Source of the DNA: an uncultured Enterobacterales bacterium
Lineage (GTDB): Bacteria > Myxococcota_A > UBA796 > CAJQPC01
DNA length: 64,000 bases
NCBI GenBank assembly: GCA_964604165.1
Contig: CAZRYF010000001.1
Coordinates: 55,481-119,480 of the forward strand
Direction of reading: 5' to 3'
The notes beneath the pieces are model-generated. The model was not told the origin of the DNA, did no database searches, and worked only from the letters and a program-made list of their open reading frames with translations. How positions within the stretch are numbered: position 1 is the first letter of the stretch; each line of letters begins with the position of its first letter. Both the position numbers and the translations under genes were made by a program. This document shows positions 44,667-51,929 of this stretch, one piece after another.

Positions 44667-47600
44667 CGCTTGCCCTCGGGAATGTCCAGTGCGGTGCGAA
44701 ACGGCAGGTCCAGCGGCGAGTGATCCCGCAAGCCTCGGTGGGGACCTCGCTGTACCTCCGCCTGGGCATAGATATCCACCGCTCCAATGGTGGGCAGGTA
44801 TTGACCCCCGGCCCCCAGGGAGATCCTGGTGCGGCTGCCAAGCCAAACGGACTGCATGATCTGCCCCGTGGCACGAGGGCGCCAATAGGCCTCAACCCGG
44901 GCAGGCTCGACAAATCGATATCCCATGCCGGGGGAAAAGGTCAGCCGGGTGCCTGGAGCGAGCAGGCAGTCCAGGCGCAGAGAGCCCTCTATCCAATTGG
45001 GGCGAACAAGAGCAGTGGACCGGCCCTCCAGGGTGAAACGAAGCCGCCCATCTCGAAGGGGGCGCCAGTCTGCGTGTGCCCCCAGTCCAAGTCCGCCTGG
45101 ATGGAGGCGCTCGTACGCGTTCCAGGCCGCGGGGTCCACGGCCACAAGGGAGGACTCGGACCACCGCCCCAAGTGGGCCGTGGCGAATGGCTTGGCGCTC
45201 CAGTTTGGGGCAAGGGGAACCTCTCGGCGTAGTTCGGCGGCCGCGCGGACGTGGCCTGCCCCTCCCGAAAAGCCACCATCCAACGCGGTTCGTAGGAGCC
45301 ATGGATCCCAGGAACGGGTCCAGCGGGCCTCTGCCAGGGTGCCTGGAACAGACTGGAGACTGGTGCGGTTCTGAACCTCAAAAAACAACCAATCCTGGGA
45401 AGAACCGAGCCGCTTTCGGAGGGTCACACGGGCGGCTTGAAAGCCGTGGTTGGTCAGGTCGTCCCGGACGCCGGTGGCGTCATTGCCCAGCAAATAGGCG
45501 CCGGAGATCGTGCCTGTGCGCCCCATGGGTAGGGGCATTGGACTGGCTGGAAAGGCAGACTCAGCCAGCCAACGCTGTGCGTGTTGCGCTGCGAGCGGAT
45601 CGGGTGAGGGTTTGGGAGGGGTGGGCCTCAACCCGCTGACCTCCCCCCGTGGCCAGGTGGACTCCTCTGCCTGCAAGCGAGACAACGACACCCGCGTGTT
45701 CAGTGGCCCCCGCAAACGGACCTGCTGCAGTCCATGGGCGGGTAGGGGCACCATACCCACACTCTCAATGGTCCATGTTCGGTCTCCCACCATGGCCTGG
45801 ACCGGTTGATTGCCGTGTACTCGAATGCGCAGGAGGCTCTCACCGGCCACCCGGAGCGAGAGGCCCTTGGCACCCAGCCTGTGGACCGCAGCCCGTCGGG
45901 TCGGGGGGAGCGCAGTCTCGTTGTGCACCAGCTGAACCCCAAGGGCGCATCCGGGGGCGGCCCTCATCATGCGAAGGACGTGTTCGCCTTCCGAAAGCGC
46001 CCATTTGTGGTGCACGGAGGGCCCGAAGAGAACCTCCAACTCGGTCAGGGTGCCATCCAATTCCAACCCGAGTGAGCAGGCTGGAGGAGAGATCGCGTGG
46101 GTTTCATCCGAAGACACCGCCGAAAGCTCAAGGGTCCCACCGCCGTGTATTTCAACCCGCACGATGCCTCCTGCCCGGAGGACCACGTGCTCTTCTGGAA
46201 CCCAGGGTGCAGCAAGCATGGCGTCCCGGGCCAGCCTGAGCACGCTGTCGCCGGGTTTGGGTCCCCGCCGGGGCACGTCGACCGAGTCGGAACCACCGTC
46301 TTCATCGACTCGGGTGATGTGTTGCCAAGGGGCGCTGGCGGCGATCTGGAGGCGGGCGACCCTGCCCAGGTCACCTGCCAAGGATGCGTGAAGCCAGGCG
46401 GTTCCCGGGCGCAGATCCTTAAGGTACATCTCGGCGAGCGCGAGGTGGACGGGGGCGTCAATGCGATCCGGAAGGTGCGCCGCGAGGCGCTCCAGCCCGC
46501 TGGTCGTGGCAGGAGCGGCGATCCCAGCCCGGCCGGCAGCAGCCGCCAGGGAAATGGGGCCGGGCATGGGTGCTGAGAGAACCAAAGGCTGGGCATTCCA
46601 ATACAGGTGACTGGCTTGCTGGATCTGCTCAAATGTGGCACCCGGCATTCCCCCTGCAGCGGAGGCTTCTGCCCGGGCAGAGGCGTGGAGGCCCAGGGTC
46701 GCAAGCTGCTGGGCCCGAGAGAGTCGCAGGGAGACCCGCTCCCCGGGGTTCCTGGCTTTGCGGAGATTGGCGCTGTCCAACCGCAGCTGCTCCAGGGGGT
46801 CTATGCCCGGTACGACGGAGGCCGCTGAGCCCCGCTCCAGTGCCCTGCGAAAGGCCGCACCTACCAACACCTCCTGCTCGGCCACGACCTCCAGGTGGTC
46901 GGCCCATGGGCCCACGGGGACTCGCACTCTGGAGAGACCTTCATGAGACTCTGCCTCCCAGGTGTGTCCGTCGGAGGTGGCGATCACCAACCCGGTCGCG
47001 CTGCCTTCAATCAAGAGCTCCACCTCTCCAGGAGCGCCGACATCGGGCAAGTACCAAGCAGCCGGAGTGCGCATGGCAGGTCGCTCCCGGAATGGAGTCC
47101 CCCCATCTACCAGGTCGCCCTCCAGCGCCTCCAGGATTCCTTCTTGCACTTCCACCCGGTGGTTTCCAGCTGAGACCGCCTCCGCAAACAGACCTTGGCC
47201 CCGAAAGGGAATTCCATCCAGGGTGAATTGCACAGGCGCCTCGGAGCGAAGACGAAGGATGGGGTACTCACCGTTGCCAGGTTCGGGTGCGGTAATGCCG
47301 ACACTCTGGCCTGCGTGAATCCACGCCCGTGACGTGCCGCCCCGAAGACCGGGCGCCTTCAACGACTCTGTCGCACGGTCGGCCACCGGTACCGGCCACA
47401 GTGCGGACCAGCGAGCGTGAACATCCGTCCCCGTGGGAAGCTCCGCCAAGGTTCGGATGGCAAGGCCGCGAGAACGGTAGAACCCGGCTGGAATCTGGTC
47501 TGCGACTTCAGCCAACAGGGATGGATCGATGGGAAGCTCACCCCCCAATTCCACTAGCAGAGCAGGGTCCACATCCCGCCAGCGCTGCCAGCGACGTGCG

Positions 47601-48679
47601 AGGGCCAGTGCTGTGAGGGGGTCGGCGGTTGCCTCGGAAAGGTGGGCGAGCGCCTGGTCGGGATCCGGGTGATGTTCCACAAGACGTGCCCGCGCCAGAG
47701 GGGCCGCAGAGGTGTCCAAGAGCGCCTCGGCAGCCGCCACGCAGGCGACGTTGTCCAGGCCCAAGTGCGCGGACTCCATTGCCCGAAGCAGGTCCCGTGG
47801 GTGGCTCCGGTCGAGACGGGCATGGCGTAGGACGGAGTGCAGACTTGGACGAAGACGAAGAAGGGAAGGCTGCAAGCTCGCGGAGCCCCCCTGCACCTCC
47901 ACCGAGAGCGTGTGGATGCCGTGCGGAAGCAGGACATGGGTGCGTCGGAGGTGCGTCCAGCCAGGTACCTCGGGGTTTTCGGAGGCCCCGAGAGCTGCAT
48001 GGTGGATGGGGGTGTCATCCTTTGCCACCACAATCGCGTAGCGTACATATCCAGCCTCGGTTGTCGGGGTGCGGGTGGCCAACTCCAACAGTCCTGGCCC
48101 TCGAACCTCCAGGGAGTGGGATTTGCCATCCGCCAATTCAGTCGGAGGAAGGAGGAGGGTGCCGTGATCGGCGGCGGACCGAGCACGGACCTTTTCAAGC
48201 TCCAGCAGGGCAGCGGCGTATTGGAAGTGGTGGGCCCGGGTTCCCATAGAAGAGAATGCCTCTCGCCGTGCGCTCCACTCGACCTCCAGGGCTGCGATGG
48301 TGGCGGGGGCTTGGGGAAACGCTCCTCCTGTACGAAACCACCTGGAGAGGCGCCGTTCGTAACGGCCCCAGGCCTCTGCATCTCCGTCGTGGGTCTCCAC
48401 CCAGCCATCGATCTGGCTGAAGTCGGCCAAGCGCAGCTCCACGGCGCGTTCCCGGGTCGGTGCTGGCAAGAGCACCGTGCCTCCCGGGCCTTCCGCAAGG
48501 TCCAGACGAAGCCCCTCGCTCCAAGCGGACAGCGCCTTGGGGAGGGGGTCAAAATGGAGGAGCACGCGCTGCCCAGCCTTCTGCGAGATGACGAGCTGTG
48601 AGCGGGGTTCGTTGTCGATTCGGTCCTGGGGAATCCAGGCGGTGGCAAGAGCCGTCTGCACCAGAAGGAGCCACATCAT
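44663..48679 (-). CDS. Giant secreted protein (1338 aa), unknown function
   Basis: Signal peptide MMWLLLVQTALATAW. ATGA overlaps at both ends. No catalytic motif recognised. Recurrent G-x-H-x-[LV]-x-V beta-sandwich-like motifs. Confidence 0.7.
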   Translation of the reverse strand: MMWLLLVQTALATAWIPQDRIDNEPRSQLVISQKAGQRVLLHFDPLPKALSAWSEGLRLDLAEGPGGTVLLPAPTRERAVELRLADFSQIDGWVETHDGDAEAWGRYERRLSRWFRTGGAFPQAPATIAALEVEWSARREAFSSMGTRAHHFQYAAALLELEKVRARSAADHGTLLLPPTELADGKSHSLEVRGPGLLELATRTPTTEAGYVRYAIVVAKDDTPIHHAALGASENPEVPGWTHLRRTHVLLPHGIHTLSVEVQGGSASLQPSLLRLRPSLHSVLRHARLDRSHPRDLLRAMESAHLGLDNVACVAAAEALLDTSAAPLARARLVEHHPDPDQALAHLSEATADPLTALALARRWQRWRDVDPALLVELGGELPIDPSLLAEVADQIPAGFYRSRGLAIRTLAELPTGTDVHARWSALWPVPVADRATESLKAPGLRGGTSRAWIHAGQSVGITAPEPGNGEYPILRLRSEAPVQFTLDGIPFRGQGLFAEAVSAGNHRVEVQEGILEALEGDLVDGGTPFRERPAMRTPAAWYLPDVGAPGEVELLIEGSATGLVIATSDGHTWEAESHEGLSRVRVPVGPWADHLEVVAEQEVLVGAAFRRALERGSAASVVPGIDPLEQLRLDSANLRKARNPGERVSLRLSRAQQLATLGLHASARAEASAAGGMPGATFEQIQQASHLYWNAQPLVLSAPMPGPISLAAAAGRAGIAAPATTSGLERLAAHLPDRIDAPVHLALAEMYLKDLRPGTAWLHASLAGDLGRVARLQIAASAPWQHITRVDEDGGSDSVDVPRRGPKPGDSVLRLARDAMLAAPWVPEEHVVLRAGGIVRVEIHGGGTLELSAVSSDETHAISPPACSLGLELDGTLTELEVLFGPSVHHKWALSEGEHVLRMMRAAPGCALGVQLVHNETALPPTRRAAVHRLGAKGLSLRVAGESLLRIRVHGNQPVQAMVGDRTWTIESVGMVPLPAHGLQQVRLRGPLNTRVSLSRLQAEESTWPRGEVSGLRPTPPKPSPDPLAAQHAQRWLAESAFPASPMPLPMGRTGTISGAYLLGNDATGVRDDLTNHGFQAARVTLRKRLGSSQDWLFFEVQNRTSLQSVPGTLAEARWTRSWDPWLLRTALDGGFSGGAGHVRAAAELRREVPLAPNWSAKPFATAHLGRWSESSLVAVDPAAWNAYERLHPGGLGLGAHADWRPLRDGRLRFTLEGRSTALVRPNWIEGSLRLDCLLAPGTRLTFSPGMGYRFVEPARVEAYWRPRATGQIMQSVWLGSRTRISLGAGGQYLPTIGAVDIYAQAEVQRGPHRGLRDHSPLDLPFRTALDIPEGKR

Positions 48680-49533
48680 GGGGTCTCTCCAGCCTCGAGA
48701 AGTGCCAAAGAAAATGCTTCCCGGCGTGACTCCTCGGTGAGAAGCCCCTCACGTGCGGCACGGGAGAGCTCCAGGTGAAGAAAGGCAGCGCTGCTGGACA
48801 ATCCACGACCTTGGACGTTCTTGGTTCCAGCCAACTCGGGGAGGGAAGCCCCATTCACAACGGGTCCGAGGTCTCCCATGACCTCCTGCAGCGCGGCCAG
48901 CAGCCCTTGCTCAAACCGTGAAGGCTGGAGGGCGGATCCCGCCGAGACCACGACGGATTCCCCGTCACGCGGTGCGAAGCCGTGGATTTGCACCACGATG
49001 GGATCGGAAAGCCCCCGCGCCGCCCCAAGGGTGGCAGCCTGAAACAAGGAGGCGGGTCGGTGGGCCACATCGGGATGTACCTCTTGCTTCTCTTCCCCCC
49101 CGGGCCCCCCAAAGCGATGGCCCTGGTTGAAGAAAGCTGCTCGTGCTGCACCGGATTCGAAGAGGTCGGCCACCAGGCGCCCGGTGTCCAGGTCATACCA
49201 CCCGTGGGGCGCCTCCAGGACGAGAGAGGGGGCCGGGCCAAGGCGAACGACAAAAACGCCGAGAGGAACGTCCTTTGCGCCCCAGAGCAGCACCCGTTCC
49301 TCCTCGATGCGAAGGTGAAGTCCCAGGTGGGCTGCCCGTGACACCAGATCCGCCGGCACGTTTCCAGTGGGTGCGACCGCAAACAGGTCCATCATCAGGC
49401 TCTGCATGTCCAGGCGCTCGCCGGGAGAAAGGTCACCAAAGGGGGCGTCTCTTCTGGCTTTGTCCACGGTGGTCCAGAGATCATCCGCCCGTGCGGGATG
49501 CAGGAGAAAAAACAAGGCAAGCCAGCTGCTCAT
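48676..49533 (-). CDS. Secreted putative zinc amidohydrolase (PghP / N-formylglutamate amidohydrolase-like fold)
   Basis: Start MSSWLALFFLLHPARA (ATGA overlap). Candidate metal ligands in LEAPHGWYDLDTG (H110, D114/D116) and VVQIHGF (H184), resembling the PghP-family HGG..E ... IHGY pattern. Confidence 0.5.
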   Translation of the reverse strand: MSSWLALFFLLHPARADDLWTTVDKARRDAPFGDLSPGERLDMQSLMMDLFAVAPTGNVPADLVSRAAHLGLHLRIEEERVLLWGAKDVPLGVFVVRLGPAPSLVLEAPHGWYDLDTGRLVADLFESGAARAAFFNQGHRFGGPGGEEKQEVHPDVAHRPASLFQAATLGAARGLSDPIVVQIHGFAPRDGESVVVSAGSALQPSRFEQGLLAALQEVMGDLGPVVNGASLPELAGTKNVQGRGLSSSAAFLHLELSRAAREGLLTEESRREAFSLALLEAGETP

Positions 49534-51929
49534 CGGCCGTCCATCTCCCACCTGGGGCTTGTGTCGGTCAAAGGTTCCGGAGCGCTACCCGCATCAAACC
49601 GCAGGTAGACTGGGCCATCACTGCGGGTCACCCGCACGCGAACCCGGTGGGTTCCGGACAACAGGTCGTCTCCAAGGGGGATGTACAGGGCACGCCTGGG
49701 GACAAGGGCACCGCTGGCGCGATCCTCCATCCAGGCGCCGCCTCCTCGAGGAGCGGGCCGCCCGCTGACGACGGCGGGGGTAATTCTCTCAACCCGTCCA
49801 TACCGGCGCCGGGGGTTTCCCCCGTCGACCCTGGCCTCCAGGGTTGGGCCGGCTCTTCCCTCGGGTGTGTAGCTGCGCACATAGAGGGTGGTGCCGCCAG
49901 CGGGCACCTGCACCAGGACCTCCAGATCCTTCCGATCCCCCCGAACCACTCGGCGCCGCGCCCACTTTCGGCCATCACCGGGCACGTCTGCAAGATAGCG
50001 CCCCACAGGAGCGGTCAGGCGGCAGGGCTGTTCTCCCGGGGGCAGCCCATCAAAGTGTACGGAGGAGGCTGCAGCGGGAAGCCGGCTGGTGACAGACGTG
50101 TCTCCGCAGTTCAGCGTGATGGGACGCCCCGAGGATAGAGGGTCCACCCGGTAGTCCACCCGGACCCTGCCGCTTTCCGGAACCAGGAGCTGGTTGATGG
50201 GCGCCAGGCGGGTGCGATCCCAGGCCTGCCAGAGGCGACGGGTTCGGCGCACCGGTTCGGAGATCAAGTGCGACTCGCTTCTCCCCTCTGGAACGACGGT
50301 TCGGGTGCGCCAGGCGCCAGGGGTTGGAACCTTCTCTGGAAGGACAGGCCGGACTGTTGCATCAAATCGTACGAGCCGGTGATTCTCAGCCAAGGAGGCC
50401 GCGTGGTTCGGGGAGACGGACACGTAGGGCGCTTGGACCCAGGGTGCATTGTGGGGGCGCCATTGACCGGGAAGATCATAAGCAGCAGCCCGTTGGCCCG
50501 AATCCAGGGGAACCAAGAAGCGCATATCCACTGGAGAGTCCGTGGCCAGGCGCAAGGTGATTGCTTCTGGGGGATGAAGAATCTGGATGCTCGTGGCCTC
50601 ACTCATGGGGGAGGTCTCGGGCTCGATTCTGTGCTCCAGGGGGGTGGGAAGAAAGGGCGCATCAAATGCACCTTCCACAAGGACCTGGTCCTCGCGCCCC
50701 AACAGCTGGTACCGAATGCGCGTCAAAAGGGGGTCTTGTGTGGCAGCGTGCGGTGTCCAATCCTTTGGTGGAAGAGGCCTTGCCTTGACCTTGAGGCGGC
50801 CGTGGCTTGTCCCCGTTGCCAGGGGAATCTCCAGGGGGTCAGACTCTGGAGAGAGATGCCAGGCGGTGAGACGACGAGTCTCCGGAGCGATGGTTTGTTC
50901 CATCCCACTGCCTGGGGGCGCGCCCCAAAGGCACTGGGGGGAGGGGTGTGCGGTGAAGGCCAGGGACACAGGGTCGCTCTCCAAGGGCACGTTCCACCTC
51001 AGGGTCACCATTTCCCCGGGGTTGGCCGCCAATGGATGGTCCGTCGTTTCCACCCCTGAATCGTCGGTGACGGGCTCGCCGTGCACCAAGATGCGCTCCA
51101 CGTCCAACGTGACCGGTAGCTGGTCGGGAAGACTCCGCGCGGTCATCTCGATCCGGCAGGGCCCGATCAAGGTGAGCTGCGTCGCTTGGCCGGGCTCCAA
51201 GCGCACACCCTTGGGATGGGTGGTCGGTGCACGGTGAATCGGGCCGAGCCGATGAAGGGCACGGGTCGTTCCGGACAGGCTCTCGGCAGCCACGGGGCGC
51301 GTGTCTGCGCTGGCAAGACGGATGCGCTCCACTTCCTCCAGGGCGGTCCACGGAAAGGGGCCAGCCCTCTCCGCTCTGCTGTTCATCAGGTTCTCGGACT
51401 GCAGATGGAGGGCCACCGTGGCCGAATCGGGTCGTTGTCGGCTCTCGACTCGAACCTGCAGGCGCATATCGGACGTCCCCAGCAAGGGAGAAATTGTCAG
51501 CAAGCCGCCTTCGGGGGCCAACTTGGCAAGGGGCACGTCCACCCGGCGAATGTCTGTGAGAACCATGCCTGCCCGGGCCCCGTGGATTCGCTCTGCTCCG
51601 TTTTCCAGCAGGCTGCGCCGTGCTCGAAACCACAGGTCATGGGTGAATTCCTCTCCCTGGTGGGGCTGCAGTCGAAGTTGAACGCCAAAGGTCCAGGTCT
51701 GGGTCTCATCTCGGGCAGGAGGCTCGGGCACTTCCAACGCCATGGAGAGCACCAGGCTGGACTCCCCCTGCGCCAGCCGAACGCTCACGGCAGTCTCTGG
51801 ATCAAGGGCGTAAAAGAGCGACCGATCTCCCGTGGTACTCGAGGGTTCATCCACCCGGGTCGTCAGGGCTTCTGTGATGCCTGCAGCAAGGAGCGCCCAA
51901 CCGAGAATTGGCAATGCGAACCGTGTCAT
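49530..51929 (-). CDS. Large secreted protein (799 aa), unknown function
   Basis: Signal peptide MTRFALPILGWALLAAG. ATGA overlaps at both ends. Looks beta-rich. No recognised domain. Confidence 0.7.
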   Translation of the reverse strand: MTRFALPILGWALLAAGITEALTTRVDEPSSTTGDRSLFYALDPETAVSVRLAQGESSLVLSMALEVPEPPARDETQTWTFGVQLRLQPHQGEEFTHDLWFRARRSLLENGAERIHGARAGMVLTDIRRVDVPLAKLAPEGGLLTISPLLGTSDMRLQVRVESRQRPDSATVALHLQSENLMNSRAERAGPFPWTALEEVERIRLASADTRPVAAESLSGTTRALHRLGPIHRAPTTHPKGVRLEPGQATQLTLIGPCRIEMTARSLPDQLPVTLDVERILVHGEPVTDDSGVETTDHPLAANPGEMVTLRWNVPLESDPVSLAFTAHPSPQCLWGAPPGSGMEQTIAPETRRLTAWHLSPESDPLEIPLATGTSHGRLKVKARPLPPKDWTPHAATQDPLLTRIRYQLLGREDQVLVEGAFDAPFLPTPLEHRIEPETSPMSEATSIQILHPPEAITLRLATDSPVDMRFLVPLDSGQRAAAYDLPGQWRPHNAPWVQAPYVSVSPNHAASLAENHRLVRFDATVRPVLPEKVPTPGAWRTRTVVPEGRSESHLISEPVRRTRRLWQAWDRTRLAPINQLLVPESGRVRVDYRVDPLSSGRPITLNCGDTSVTSRLPAAASSVHFDGLPPGEQPCRLTAPVGRYLADVPGDGRKWARRRVVRGDRKDLEVLVQVPAGGTTLYVRSYTPEGRAGPTLEARVDGGNPRRRYGRVERITPAVVSGRPAPRGGGAWMEDRASGALVPRRALYIPLGDDLLSGTHRVRVRVTRSDGPVYLRFDAGSAPEPLTDTSPRWEMDGR

